From the NCBI GenBank assembly GCA_963693365.1, contig CAVNZM010000010.1, forward strand, positions 2,108,001 through 2,172,000: 64,000 bases of DNA, read 5' to 3'. Positions within the stretch are counted from its first letter, which is position 1; every line of letters begins with the position of its first letter. This document shows, piece after piece, positions 49,923-64,000 of the stretch. The DNA is from Amoebidium appalachense. Taxonomy: Eukaryota; Protista; Ichthyosporea. The translations under genes were made by a program, and so were the position numbers. Below the pieces are notes generated by a model, which saw nothing but the letters and a program-made list of their open reading frames with translations, was not told where the DNA came from and searched no databases.

Positions 49923-50673
49923 CACACACCCACACACACATGTGCACACTGTGATACACACAGAGACACACACACGCACACACGTGTACACACATGAGCA
50001 CATGCACACACACACGACGTGGATCACAAACACACACACTCTTCAACATTCGTTTTCTCATAACATTTTTGGATTGTACCTGCGCGAGGGCCGGGACCGG
50101 CCCCATCTAGCAGACGGGAGCCCCGCATTCGCCTGTTCAATAAGGTCATTGATTGGTCTAGACAAAATGCAGCCGACCAATCGGAGATCAGTTCAATTTC
50201 TAGATTGGCTCCAGACATCTGGAAGACCCCCCTCCCCCCTCTTCCAGATTGCGACATCTGGAAGAGGGGCATCCAGATTCTAGACCCCGATGGAATGCAT
50301 TAAATTTAAAGCGATCGATCGGAATGGACATTGTTTAACGCTAATTATCTAGATTCCCATTATCTAAATTCTACCCCCCACGTGAAGCGGCTCACTCACT
50401 GACTCACTGATAACTCCCCTAAACGTTCGACTGTAGAGGACTTTACACAGGGTGCTTGTTTTTCTGACTGGCATCTGGGCTGAAGAAACGAAGAAAGCAG
50501 TGATTTATAATGGTGGCTGTTGATGCAAATCAATTTTATGTTGCTAGCAGGCAATTTGTGTCCAGTGCACCACCAACCCAATCCTGCTGGATGCTGCCCA
50601 TCTGATGGTGCTTGGCGAGCAAACCAAGGGAGGTGGTGGTGGTACTGGCGGTGGTGATGGGGGTTGTCTGGGG

Positions 50674-50735
<62 letters not shown>

Positions 50736-51764
50736 GGGGCAGGGGGGGAAGGGGGGGGGGGGGGAGGGGGGGGGGGAGGAAGACTTCGCTCCCAGAATAC
50801 CATACCGCATGGGAAAAGGGGCCCATTTTTTATGTATAAGCTAATAGGAACATCTGATAAGTAGGCGACACGGACAACGAGGGGGACCTGGGGGCCTAGC
50901 TAAACGGCAAGGGCACTACTGGATAGAAACAAAATATGAAGTTCCGACCTGCAATTGGGGTGCACTTGGCCAGCCCATGCATGGCCAGCAAGCTTGCAGG
51001 TGACTAGTTCGGAAACCTGACCTCGTGAAGTGCTTGGGCCACGGTGATCTCGAGCTGACGTGTCTGTAAACATCAAAACCCACTTGCGTCCGATTGCCAT
51101 GCATCCGGAGTGCATTGAAACTGATCGTGCCTGCGCATGGCATGTACCACTAAATCCCTGGGCATGCCATGAATTATACTTTGTCATGATTTATTTCCCG
51201 AACGTCAAAGAAAAAAACGTTGCCTTTCACCCTGTTAGACGTAACGAGCTTCTCAAGATCTAGATAATGCATAGGCAAATGCCTACCCCGAGCCTATTTT
51301 CCTACTGTGTGAACTGTGACATGTCCACACATACACGTGCACCCTTACGCATGCACTGTGTGCCTGTACAGTCACCTCGCCGGGACTAGCAGCCCTGCCA
51401 GCAACACCAACCCAACAATGACATAAGGCGCTTCTCGCCAGTGAACTGTGCAACACATGGCTACACCTCCATGGCCATTCTTGCAAGTGTGTTGGCAATA
51501 TTGCCCACGGTCCAGCACTGGTGGACTCCCTATCATGTCAACACATTCCTTGCACTAATTTGCACGATTTAGAAGCTTAAACACCATGGTATTTTTAAGT
51601 TTAATTTTCAAACGGCCTGCATAGGTGATGCATATGCGTGCCAAAGAAGACACTTTGGCGCCGTGTACATGCATATGCCCACCGTATGACACGGTTGTAC
51701 AAGCATTGAATATCATTGAAGCACAACTGATAACAAAATTCATTCATCCTTGCCTTTGGGTCCA

Positions 51765-51795
<31 letters not shown>

Positions 51796-52125
51796 ATTAT
51801 GATTAAAAATAATGAAAATAAAATCATGATAAATAAACGAATAAATAGACATTTCCCTCCCTCCATGCTCTGCCATGGGGCTGCCCACGGGCCCCGGGCC
51901 CATCACTCCTGTGTTACAAGTAACAGAACACAAGGCAAACATTTAAACATGCCTTCTCCTACACTCCAGCCACGCACATATGTGCGTGCACCTCTGTTTG
52001 CTATAAACAAACCCACTTCAGCTGCCTACTAGTAAAACAAATACAAATCTAGGCTATAGCCATATATATTGGATATCTCAATGCCAAAAGTGTCTTTTAC
52101 ACAGCCTTGTCAAACCAACCCCAAA

Positions 52126-52156
<31 letters not shown>

Positions 52157-52252
52157 GGTCACAATTCGGAAGTGAGTGGCCGAAAACTTTGAGGTGCCTC
52201 AGACGGAAGGGAGAGCCAAGTACTTTGCCATTTTTGGCGGTGTGTGCTATTT

Positions 52253-52775
52253 TTAGGCCATGGCGCCTAGTAGGGCCTGTGTTGCCCCCCGACACACTGC
52301 TGTCCAAAGAATATAGCCGATAGTCCCTGCACGTGTACTGTCAGCACTCCAGAGGAGAAGGGGAAGGGGGGGGGGGGGGGGGGGGGGGGGAGGGGGGGGG
52401 GGGGGGGGGGGGGCTGGGAGGGGGAAGGGGGGAGGCAATAAGTTAACAGTAAAAAAAAAAAAAGTACAAAGAACATGAATATTTTGTTTGCTGCGGCTAA
52501 ATCCGTGGGATAAAGGCGTAACTAAAAATAGTGCCAGTTGGGGTCGATTTAGAATCCTGACATATAGGTGTGCTATACAGTACGATCTGTGTCTACGCGG
52601 AAGACGTTAATCTCCCCTGGGGCAGTGCCTCACCGGGAGTGAAACGGGATAATAATAAAAAAAATAATAAAAAAATGAAAATTTTGTCCGGAGAGGAGGA
52701 GGGGGAGAAAGGGGGAGGAGGGGGAGAAAGGGGAGAGGTGTGGGTCGGAGGGGGGGGGGGGGGGGGGGGGGGGGG

Positions 52776-52870
<95 letters not shown>

Positions 52871-53405
52871 GAGGTGGGAGGGGGCGGGGGAGGGAAGGTT
52901 GCGCGGGGAGGGGGGGGGGGGGGGGGAGTGGGGAAGAGGGCAAGAGGAATGAAAGGGAAGTTCTTTTCAAACGTGGTTGATTTACAGGCTAAGCGCGACT
53001 TACTTTCCATATATGGAGATTATTTTTTTTGGCTTTTCATTGCATCATGCGTTGTAATGTCGATCAAGTGTGGCAATCTGCAACAATATTAAACTTTGGC
53101 CTCCCTCCTCTATTGAAGAATAGTAATAAAGCAAAAATAAAGGCCCCCCCCTCTCTCCTCCCTCCCCCCTCCCCCCCCTCCCCCCCCCCCACCACCACCA
53201 CCACCACCACACACACACACACACACAAACATGCAGTCTACCTTGCCGTGGGTATTTGTTTCCAACAATCAATCTCGACAACCTATAAAAAGGCTACATA
53301 AATGCAGAAGTAACATAAACATGTGCATCTAACTGTGTGTGTGTGTGTGTGTGCTTGTGAGAGAGAAGGGGAAAGGTGAGAGGCCGAAGGGGAGGGGGAG
53401 GGGGT

Positions 53406-53440
<35 letters not shown>

Positions 53441-54092
53441 CAACCTGCGGCATGGCCTGGGAAGGCAAACAGCCAACTGGCAGGAGACAGGGCGGAGGCG
53501 GGCAAAAAAAACATTGGCTCACTTCGGTAGGTCAGGAATAGAACACTGTGTACCACCATCTGTGACAGAAACGAACTTTTCAGTAGAAGTAGTGCAAGGC
53601 TGTTTGCTGCACGGAGGGGCACAAGCCAGCGCGGGGTGGTGGGGGCTTGAGTCGAGGGGGGCGGCGGGGGCGGGGGGGGGGGGGGGGGGGGGAGGGGGGG
53701 GGAGGGGGGGGGGGGGGGGGGGGGGGGGGAGGGGGGGGCCGATGGGGGGATCGGGGAGAAGCTCAATATTGATTGCGTGATATCTTCAACCCCTCTCCAG
53801 CCATCGATAGATGAAAATTTTCCAACCACACAAGATTCCAAACCCCTCCCCCCCCCCCCCATAGTGCAAGTACTTAGTTACTAAGCGGCTCAAAATATGC
53901 GTTTACCGGCTTCCATAGCATGGGGGCCCATTGTAAGTGGGTGAGGAAGGGCAACTTACAGCATATATACATGGATACAATATGGCTACAACAAACAGCA
54001 CACAAGGGGAAAACGAAGAAATTAAACCACAACCCCATGTGTTGTGACTTCGGTCTTCCAAATATTTTTTTTTTGTTTTTTGTTTTTTTTCT

Positions 54093-54125
<33 letters not shown>

Positions 54126-54563
54126 TGTATGCGTTAGACGGTTGGAAATATGGAGGAGACAACAAAGAGCAACAACAAAACGTCACAAACGTGGGAAATC
54201 CAAAATCAAAGGAAGGAAGGGAGGAGGGAACGAATGAAGCAGTACATTCGAGGTTACGAAGAACGACCTTCTCGACTATTTAACATGTCTAGCTACACTA
54301 TTTAAAAATCAAACAAGCACGCCCACAGACGCGCAATGAACCGGACCAGGTGCGGTAGAGCAATGAAACGGGGGGGTAAGGGGAGGGGAGTGGACGGTAC
54401 AGAGCGGGGATGGGGGTGGGAATGGGGGTGGTGGTGGTGGTGGGGGGGGGGGGGGGGGGGGGGGGGGGGGAGAATGATGAGTTGCATACAGAGTGCGAAG
54501 TACACGTTCAGCACAGACAACATGATGCTGATGTTTTCCACAGAACACACACAAAGAACATTG

Positions 54564-54605
<42 letters not shown>

Positions 54606-54776
54606 ATCCACTTACCACCAGTGCACGTTTGACATTTGCGAGACTTGCAGCAACCTTGGCATCCTCTGCTGACTTTTGCACAACTGCAGCGAATAAATTA
54701 AAACGTATCCAATGTTTTTTCCTTATTTTATTTTATTTTTAATATTCGTTTTCATCCTTTTTTCTTTTTTTTTTTT

Positions 54777-54818
<42 letters not shown>

Positions 54819-54944
54819 GTTACCAAAGATGGTACACTCTTCACGGACAGAATCATAGGCATGGGAATTAATAGGCGGCGCAGACCCCCCCATCCCCCCC
54901 CCCCCCCCCCCCCCCCCCTTCCACCGCCACACACGCACACACAC

Positions 54945-55009
<65 letters not shown>

Positions 55010-55024
55010 CAGACACGCACGCAC

Positions 55025-55117
<93 letters not shown>

Positions 55118-55313
55118 AGACACACACAAACACACACACGCGCGCACACACACACACCACCAACACCACCGCCACCAACACCACTACCGCCACACACATC
55201 AACACCACAACACACATACACATGTTAAGGCGATGGATATAACGATTGTTTAATTGTGTGTGCTGGGTGGTGGCAGGCGGGGGCAGAGAGTGGGTGGGTG
55301 GGAAGGGTGTTGT

Positions 55314-55344
<31 letters not shown>

Positions 55345-56311
55345 GGGAGGTGGAGGAGAGAGAGAGAGAGAGAGAGGGAGGGAGGGAGGGAGGGAGGGAG
55401 GGAGGGGGGAGAGAGGGAGGGAGGGAGGGAGAGGGAGAGAGAGTGTGTGTGTGTGTGTGTGTGTGTTGTGCGAGCGTGTGTGAAGGGAGAGCTGGGTGAT
55501 AGGGGGAAGAGGATGACAAACATACGAGCAGGTACATAGGTGGGCGGCCAATCCTATTTAGAGGGGGGGGGGGGGGGGGGAGGGGGGGGGGGGGGGGCAG
55601 CAAAGGCTCAGTCACGAATCAAAACAGCCACAGAATTGAAAACTGGCAAGACACACCCAATCAGCACATTACCCCCATAACCAAACAAGGCTGTTCCACT
55701 GCAGGATACGTACCCAGGGTTTCGAATTCAGCCTGGACTTTGATCTTTTGCCTTGACAACCTCGCATGCTGTGCAAATTCGTCCTGAGACAACAGAGCAA
55801 CGTGTTAAAAAGAAAACAGAGTATCTTTGGTCTCTCTCCCTCGCTCACACACACACACACACACACTATCTCTCTCTCTCTCCCCTGTCTCCCTTTCCCT
55901 CTCTCCCTCCCTCCATCTTTCCCTTACTCCCTCCCTCCCTCCCTCCCTCCCTCACTCTCTCTCTCCCTCCCTCCCTCCCTCCCTCCCTCCCTCCCTCCCT
56001 CCCTCCCTGAGCCCCCACAACAACCCCCCGCCGTTCGCCCCTTACCTCCCTCCAAAAACTCACACACATACTCCAACTGCCCTGCTGCCCACACCACCCC
56101 TACCGATCCACCTACTCACCCGTTCGCCCAAACTCCCACCCATTCGCCCACCCACCCACCCACCCAAACGCTCAAACGCACAAAGACACCCAGGCATAAA
56201 AAACAATAAACAAGTGGACCTGCACGTGTGCACACACACATGCGCGCGTGCGCGCGCAAGCACGCACGCACACATACATGCACTCACGCATGAACGCATG
56301 CACGCACGCAT

Positions 56312-56361
<50 letters not shown>

Positions 56362-56509
56362 GTGGGCTGATGGTAGCTAGCTCCTTTGCCATTTCCTTCA
56401 GTTCCTGCGCCTTGTTACCCAACTGCTCCTTCAAAACCTGTGGCCGGAATTTCTGCTGCAGAAACCCTTGTAGCTGTGTGTGTGTGTGCGCGCGCACGCG
56501 TGCGCGTGC

Positions 56510-56540
<31 letters not shown>

Positions 56541-57772
56541 GGTGCGTTTGTGTGTGTGAGTGTGTGCGTGTGCGTGTGCATGTGTGCATGTGTGCATGTG
56601 CATGTGTGTGTGCGTGTGCGGGCTTGCTTGTGTGTGCCCGTTTGCGGGTCTACGCGTGTTGGGCTTGTAAGTGGGCCAAGAAAGGGGAGGAAAGGGGGTT
56701 TAGAAAGTGTTAAAAAGTAAGAAGTACACCTCCACGATTGGCAACACAATGCAGAGAGAAAGCATCCAGGGGTCACACAGAGAGAGGTTACTTTTCCTCA
56801 AACGGCTAGACAATAAACCTGCTTGCCCGGTTTCTTTTCGCGCCAATCCACGGGGGGGGAGGGGGGGTGGGGGGGGGGGTGGGGGGGGGTGGGAAGGGGG
56901 GTTGTGTGTGTATTGTGTGTATGAGTGGACAGGGGGGGGGGGGGGGGGGGGGGGGCTTTTAATCCTGGGATAGGCGGGAAAAGAACAGGGTTAATAGCTC
57001 AACAAAAAATACACACATAGACGCACGTACAGGACAGGACATCTCCATCCAATGTAGCTGACCCTCCTCCCCCCCCCCCCCCCCCCCCCCCCGCAAAAAA
57101 AAAGAAAGGAAAAAAAAGCGGGGGGGGGGGGGGGGGGGGGCTGGGGGACTGCAAACGAAGAAAAAGAAAAGCACGGAAAAGACAATTGGGGATAAGAAAA
57201 GGAACAGCATCACAGATCTTCAAACTCACCCTTTTCCAAACCTTATCCTCCCTCCCCCCTCCTCCCGCCCCCCCCCCCAAAAAAGAAAAAAAAACACTGA
57301 AACAAACTCTACCCTCCCCGGCTCCCTCCTTCCCTCCCTTCTCCCTTCTGCCAACCTACTATTCTTCCTCCCTCCCTCCCTCCCGTAACCCTTTTCCCCC
57401 TCCCCCCTCCCCCACCCACCCACCCACCCTTCCTCCCTTTCCCCTGGCCCCCCCCTGCCTCTCTCACCCACTCTCTCTGCCCCCTGGCCCCTCCTCACCC
57501 ACCCCTTCTCTCTCCCTCGCCCTCCCTCGCTCTCGATCTGGCTCACTGACTATACTCTCTCTGCTTTAGCCCAGCTCTCCCATCTTCCCCCTCTCCCTAC
57601 CCCCCGCCCCTCCCGCTCCCCTCAACCCCCTCCACCTTCCCCCCCCCCCCCCCCCTCTCTTTCCCCGCCACCACCACCAAATCACATTCCTTCCTGCTTT
57701 AGATCTCTCTCCATGTGCCCCCCCCCCCCCCCCCCCCCCTCCCCGGTTCTCCCCTTCCCCCCCCCCCCCCCC

Positions 57773-57804
<32 letters not shown>

Positions 57805-58422
57805 GCCACCAACCCACCTCCTCTTGGCCTTCCGTGTGTAAAGCATTTAACAAGAAAAAGAGCAACTGTGAGATCTCTCACGAATCGACTATAGTTTGCA
57901 TTTCTTTTGGAAACTCACACTAGCGGGGGGGGGCGGGGGGGATATGAGGATGGGGATGGGGGTGGGGAGAGGAGGGAATGGAAGTGGCGGCTTCAGCAGG
58001 GGAGGGAGGGGAGGGGGGGGGGGGGGGTTAAACTATGTAGAGAGAGGTGCACCACGTAGACGGTGCTGGGATCTAAACACAACCTCATTTTACCACCACT
58101 GTGGTCTCTTTGGAGAAAAAGAAGAACGAGGGATCAAGAATTCAGTCGAAAATGCTCATATGGTTCAACCCTGTGGCATGCTCGAGCCCTTCGAATCTAC
58201 ATGAACTACTATTCTTGTAGCACACGCCAGCACACGCAGAAACCACCACACACACACACACAAATGCTTACACCAAAATATATCCATGCAGCCACAAGCA
58301 CAGTAACCAAGAACACGAAATCACCGACACAGATGCACACAGGGACGCACTATTGGTAGCAGAGCCTCCAGCAGCACAAGACCGCAGCTGATTAGAGCCA
58401 CAGTCAACGCAGGAAGAACCAT
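52253..58422 (-). CDS. GET1: GET1/WRB tail-anchored protein insertase subunit (about 170 aa), 6 exons
   Basis: Exons 58422-58351, 56473-56360, 55783-55714, 54683-54616, 53559-53445, 52326-52253 in frame. TM1, coiled coil [47 protein letters not shown]. Confidence 0.9.
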
Positions 58423-59043
58423 GTTGAAGTCTATACCCTTCAGCTTACTTAGCACTCGCTATTGTAATTCCCACCTCCTTTATCCCCCTTTGTTGCAATT
58501 GGATATGACCTTCTGCAATTCCCTCACATGTGATCACCTCAGGGATCCCACTAAGCTTTATACCGTGTATTGTTACCAAAACACCAGATCAATTGTGTAA
58601 CATGTACATGTAGCAGATGCTAAAGCGTATGTGGTCTGAAATGTCGCCACTACCAAAAAATCTACGTATGTAGTAATCTAACCTAGCTTGCAGTGAACAT
58701 TACGGTATAGCTACTAATAAAGCGCTACTAAGGTTCAAGTGTCACGGCCCCGGCGGCGGGGGAGTATCGCAGAATCCCCCTTATCAACTTAGATAGATAT
58801 ATGCACCTGCCCCACAGTAGCCTCAACCATGTATAAAGCCGCCAGGTGCCTTGATACCATAAGTCCCTCTCTTTGCCTCGAGTAAACAGCGTAAAACCCC
58901 TATCCAACTACACTGACCTCACCGTGATATGATCTTCAGACCCGGGGGCCGGGGAGGGGGAGGTGGGGGTTGACTCTTTCAGCCCCTGTTATGTGTGTCT
59001 ATGCACGTTTGTGTGTGTGTGTGTGTGTGCGTGTGTGTGTGTG

Positions 59044-59082
<39 letters not shown>

Positions 59083-59627
59083 CAGTGTGTATGTGTGTTT
59101 ATGTGTGTGTGTCCAGGCCGTGTGTACATTTGCATGTGTGCGTGTGTGAGCCTCAGTCACGGTGTGTCAGTGCCCTTGTGTGCGCATGTTTTTAGCACAT
59201 CGATTATAAGCCGGGAGGGTAAGGCCTTGGAGCCCTCAATAATTGGGAAGAGCAATGCGGATCGGTACCGGTGTGTGTGTGTGTGTGTGTATGCGTACGT
59301 GTGTGTGTGCACGTGTGTGTGTGTTTGGGGGGGGGGGGGAGGGGGGATGTGTGTGTGGGTGTGTGCACGTGTGTGTATGGGGGGGGGGGGGGGGGGGGGG
59401 GAGGGAGGGGGAGGGAGGGGGAGGGGTTGGTTACACGGGGCCCGGGCTCGAGCCATGATAAGCGCCTTCGCTTTATTTTTAACCCATCCATATGATCAAG
59501 CAGATATTTATGTATTTACATTGAAGTGAAGCAAAATAATATATACATGTACTTACATTTAAACATTATGAGATAAAACAGGAAAGTGCTAGTACTAAAG
59601 AAAAAAAGGAATCTGATAAAAAAACAT

Positions 59628-59716
59628 AGAAGAAGAAGGAGGAGGAGGAGGAGGAGGAGGAGGAGGAGGAGGAGGAGGAGGAGGAGGAGGAGGAGGAGGA
59701 GGAGGAGGAGGAGGAG
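59628..59716. repeat. (AGA)n-(GGA)n trinucleotide repeat
   Basis: Directly visible. Confidence 0.95.
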
Positions 59717-59756
59717 AACGTCGTGTGTGGGTGTGAGAGAGCTTTTTTTTTTTTTT

Positions 59757-59785
<29 letters not shown>

Positions 59786-59788
<3 letters not shown>

Positions 59789-60181
59789 TGAATGCGGAAC
59801 AAAGTACGAAGTACGCATACACGATGAGAAGCATGGTGCAGGACACATGCAAAGGCAAACATTCAAGTATGCAACATCAGCCGTGCGCACAGTATGCGTC
59901 ATAAGTAGAGCCCATCCTCAGGGAGGGCCCAAGTCATCAATTGCGTCTGAGTTTCGACCCCTTAGCCCGCGTATATACGACGCTCCAACTCAGACAGAAG
60001 CATCAACTGAACTTGGGTGGGTCAACCCGTCTTGATCACAGACGAGCAGGGTTGCTTATGCAAGCAAGGAGAGCAAAACGGTGAAGATGTGTGTGCAAAC
60101 TAATGCAGTGCAGCGAAAAACGCGTATGTGCTTACGGATGCACGACACAGAGCAACCATGCCCGGTTGCATGGAAGTAAAG
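59786..60181 (-). mobile_element. Poly(C)-tailed structured repeat, subfamily A, long copy
   Basis: Aligns over about 390 bp with 61333-61719; G-runs on both sides. Confidence 0.9.
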
Positions 60182-61130
60182 AGGGGGGGGGGGAGGGGGG
60201 GGGGGCAAGAAAGGAAGCGCCAAACAGCTACACTCCAAAATAATACTACACAGCCATGACCCAATTATCGAGCAATTTGAATGAAGGTTCAGGTATCCTC
60301 ATACAGGACGAAGTAACTGTTGGTATCTGGCATACGGAAGAAAGCGAAGACTTATTCCGACGATTATAGTAGGTAGTATGTATTCACGACACCCGATAAA
60401 AACTACGCAAATCGCGTGGCGCATACTTAACCTGCAAAAAATATCAAAACCTTGTGTATTCAGCCACGCATTGCTTAGGCGTTCAAGAAGCAAATATCTG
60501 CGTACATCATTAAATTTGAAAAAAAAAATAAAAAAAACAGAAAAGAAAAGAAAAAAACCAAATCACACTTGTACGTCCAAACTTTTTAACAAGCTTTCAT
60601 GGTACGTCCAAACTTTTTAACAAGCTTTCATGTAGTGTGCTCTAACAGTCCCTTGCACCAAGAGCTCCTACTTCACAAAACCCACACCTTCATACACCTT
60701 TAAAAGATCCTCCGAATGCTTCATACAGTGCACACACACACACAACACCGCATGCAGTCTGCACACATCCAAAACCAGAACCAACAAACCAAACACATTC
60801 ACATCGATATCACACACCATACAGGCAGATGGCTGGAGCCGGGCCAGATGCTGGTAGAACTTCGGAGCGGACCCGACCCACGCCCCACACCCCCTCCACA
60901 AAGACTCAGAACCCCCGGTGGTTTTTCAGGTAATCACATACATAGCTGTTAGGGGCAACACATAGTTAGAAAACAGCAGTTTATACTTATTAGTACTCAA
61001 AAAAGATGAAGGTGGAACTAGAAATAAAACCATAACTGTGCATCGGAGTCCAGCAGCAAGCAACAAAGAGGCCAAGCTTTAGTGGTGGTGGTAGTGGCAG
61101 TAGTGTGTGTGTGTGTGTGTGTGTGTGTTT

Positions 61131-61169
<39 letters not shown>

Positions 61170-61172
61170 GAT

Positions 61173-61203
<31 letters not shown>

Positions 61204-61332
61204 AGAATGGCTTACAGTACAAGCGCTCTCACGACGGAAAGCATGGTGTAGATTGCAAAGGACACGGGAAGAGTATGCATCGTTAGTAGAGCCCATCCCC
61301 CCCCCCCCCCCCCCCTGGGGGGGGGGAGGGGG

Positions 61333-61719
61333 GTTTGAATGCGGAACACAGTACGAAGTACGTATACACGATGAGAAGCATGGTGCAGGACACATGCAAA
61401 GGCAAACATTCAAGTATGCAGCATCAGCCATGCGCACAGTATGCGTCATAAGCAGAGCCCATCCTCAGGGAGGGCCCAAGTCATCAATTGCGTCTGAGTT
61501 TCGACCCCTTAGCCCGCGTATATACGACGCTCCAACTCAGACAGCAGCATCAACTGAACTTGCCCGTCTTGATCAAAGACGAGCAGGGTTGCTTATGCAA
61601 GCAAGGTGAGCAAAACGGTGAAGATGTGTGTGCAAACTAATGCAGTGCAGCGACAAACACGTATGTGCTTACAGATGCACGACACAGAGCAACCATGCCC
61701 GGTTGCATGGAAGTAAAGA
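61333..61719 (-). mobile_element. Poly(C)-tailed structured repeat, subfamily A, long copy with small internal deletion
   Basis: Same sequence as 59786-60181 but GAACTTG[GGTGGGTCAA]CCCGTC lacks the bracketed segment at about 61562. Confidence 0.9.
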
Positions 61720-61749
61720 TGTCTCCACACAGTGGGGCTTGAGTGTCTT

Positions 61750-62054
61750 GTCAATGAGGTGTGTGTGTAAGTGTGTACACCCTCAAGTGTGGGCATGCAA
61801 CGTGTGTGCGCTTGTGTTTGTTTGTGCGTGTGTGTGTGTGTATGTGTGTGTGTGTGTGTGTGCTTGTGTGTGTGTGTGTGTGTATGTGTGTGTGTGTGCG
61901 TGCTTGTGTGTGTGTGTGTGTGTGTGTGTGTGTCTGTGTGTGTGTGTCTGTGTGTGTGTGTGTGTGTATGCGTGTGTGTATGTGTGTGCTTGTGTGTGTG
62001 TGTGTGTGTCTGTGTGTGTGTGTATGTGTCTGTGTGTGTGTGTCTGTGAATGTG

Positions 62055-62141
<87 letters not shown>

Positions 62142-62211
62142 TGTGTTCGTGTGTTCGTGTGTGTGTGTGTGCGCGCGCGCCCGCGCCCGCGTGTGTGTGT
62201 ACGTGTGTGTG
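61750..62211. repeat. Long degenerate (GT)n tract
   Basis: Directly visible. Confidence 0.9.
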
Positions 62212-62396
62212 GTCACTGGGGCAAAATACAGCCAGCAGTCAGGTGTGACGGGTGTGTAAACGGACGAAAGCGGGGGGGGGGGGGGGGGGGGGGGTTGTCG
62301 ATTAAATATGCTACAGAGTGCAGACTACACCTTATTGAACAACAATATGCAGATTTCAAGACACACAAAAATGAATCATACGCAGAGCCCATCTTC

Positions 62397-62427
<31 letters not shown>

Positions 62428-62454
62428 AGGGGAGGGGGGGAGGGGAGAGCAAGT

Positions 62455-62488
<34 letters not shown>

Positions 62489-62617
62489 ATGCTTGATGAT
62501 GTGGTATTATAGATTTTTTTTAGTTTTTAGTTTTGGCAGCGGTGGGTTGGTGGGTGGGTGGGTGATTGGGGTGGTGGCAATGGTGGTGGTGGTGGTGGTG
62601 TTATTAAGGGAAAGAGG

Positions 62618-62648
<31 letters not shown>

Positions 62649-62829
62649 AGGGGCAGCCATGCAGATGCAGAGGAATCAGAGGGCGGAAGAAGAAGAGATT
62701 GAGGTTTAAACACAAAACACGACAAAACCATCACAATTCAATTGCGCAAAGCCCCGCAATAGACACACTCGAGCAAGAGACTCGAACAAATACATCCCAA
62801 GAGCTGGGGGGGGGGGGGGGGGGGGGGGG

Positions 62830-62963
62830 TTTGAATGCGTTAAAAAGTACGAAGTACACAAGAACAAACGGATAACACGATGCAGAATGCAAGCCATACA
62901 TAAAGAGTATGCATAATAAGCAGAGCCCATCCTCAGGGGGGGCCCACGTCATCCACAGTACCC
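62830..62963 (-). mobile_element. Subfamily B, 5'-truncated copy between two G-runs
   Basis: Nearly identical to the 3' 135 nt of 15096-15385. Confidence 0.85.
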
Positions 62964-63067
62964 GGGGGGGGGGGGGGGGGGGGGGAAGGGAGGGGGGAGG
63001 TAGGGATCTGGAGATGTGGCATGCTGGTAGGAGGAGAAGAACGGGGAGAGGGGTTTTGGCGGGCGGG

Positions 63068-63099
<32 letters not shown>

Positions 63100-63732
63100 A
63101 GGGGGGAAAAGGGAGTGTGGAAGGAGCAAGAATGGGCGCACGTGCGTATGTTGATGTTTTGTGGGTTTCTCTTCCTTTCCTTTTATCTTGTCCCCCCTTT
63201 CCCCCCTTCCCCTACAGGCACGCACGCACGCACGCACGCACGCATGCACGCACGCACGCACGCAAAAAAAAAAAAAAAAAAAGGGGGCAGCTCAAACTAC
63301 TCAAATTCAAATCATTGTGCACACAACCCAGTTTTCTTCTGCACCCCCTCTGCTTCTTACCCTTTTTTCCGTGTTGGAGAAGGCATAGTTCGCGGGAGGG
63401 GGGAGGAGGGGGGAGGCAGGGGTTGAAGGGGGGAGGGGGGAGGGGGGGGGGGGGGGAGCGGCTGGATAGAAAGTTCACGTGTGCGTCTGTGTGGTCTGTG
63501 CCTTTTTACCCACAAGACATTACACCCCCTCCCCTCCCAACCCCCCTCCCCCTCCCCCCTCTTCCCTTCTTTCCCCCCCCCCAATCACACACACAAAAAC
63601 CAAACACAAACATACCCCACAAACACCACCAGAACCATTTCACCACACCCACCCAAGCGTCTCTCTTTCCTTCACTCCCATCTTCATGTAGTGAAGGTGG
63701 TGGTGGTTGGGGGAGGGGGGGGGGGGGGGGTA

Positions 63733-63763
<31 letters not shown>

Positions 63764-64000
63764 GGGAGAAGGGGTACACCCACCGTAAAAAAACTCACTG
63801 TGCGATCGGCAACGACTTGATCAGTTCAGCCAACTCCGGTATGGCCCAAACAGATCCACCAGCTGGCCCTCCCCCTCCATTTCATCTGTCGGCACCGCGA
63901 ATCGGCCCCTTCACCTACCCAGAAACAACTTGACAAACGGCACGAGCACGTCCCCGCTATCCCCACACTTCCTAAGGACGCTCAAAAGCAACACAAGCAC

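Larger units (their letters stand above)
48780..50399. mobile_element. Segment bounded by imperfect inverted repeats of about 50 bp; possible non-autonomous DNA transposon
   Basis: Left GTGACTGAGCCGCTTCACGTAGGGGCTAGAATTTAGA versus reverse complement of right GTGAGTGAGCCGCTTCACGTGGGGGGTAGAATTTAGA; subterminal TCTAAATT and TCYAGA repeats; no transposase seen. Confidence 0.5.

Noticed and set aside
60572-60632. 30-bp direct duplication GTACGTCCAAACTTTTTAACAAGCTTTCATG
   Set aside because: Simple two-copy tandem with no insert between the copies, so not a target-site duplication.
58800-63920. Isolated exon-like stretches (59196-59270, 60824-60930, 63796-63918)
   Set aside because: Plausible splice sites, but I could not join them into a phase-consistent, recognisable protein.

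Overview
Intron-rich eukaryotic DNA, saturated with poly(G)/poly(C), (GT/CA)n and (GA/CT)n tracts. The gene content (Gq-type G-alpha, TMEM9-like, fungal/protist-type GILT) suggests a unicellular holozoan or other opisthokont; this is inference. Almost all entries in the ORF track are microsatellite artefacts. Manual splicing recovers six recognisable genes: AMSH/STAMBP (5' part outside the window), TMEM9-like, GILT-like thiol reductase, sorbitol dehydrogenase (SORD), Gq-like G-alpha and GET1/WRB. It also recovers one unknown Cys-rich protein and one tentative signal-peptide gene. The main observation is a dispersed 300-390 bp repeat with at least three subfamilies, more than 20 mostly 5'-truncated copies, and a 3' end that runs into poly(C). 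Its roughly 160-nt core folds into one architecture with extensive compensatory changes between subfamilies. That core contains all hammerhead-ribozyme catalytic nucleotides (CUGANGA, GAAA, GUH, stems I/II/III) in a split, pseudoknotted order I do not recognise as a described type. Other signals: strand-specific poly(C), (GT)n and (CA)n tracts at splice sites, intronic shadow copies of exon ends in three genes, and a TIR-bounded segment containing a promoter and a first exon.
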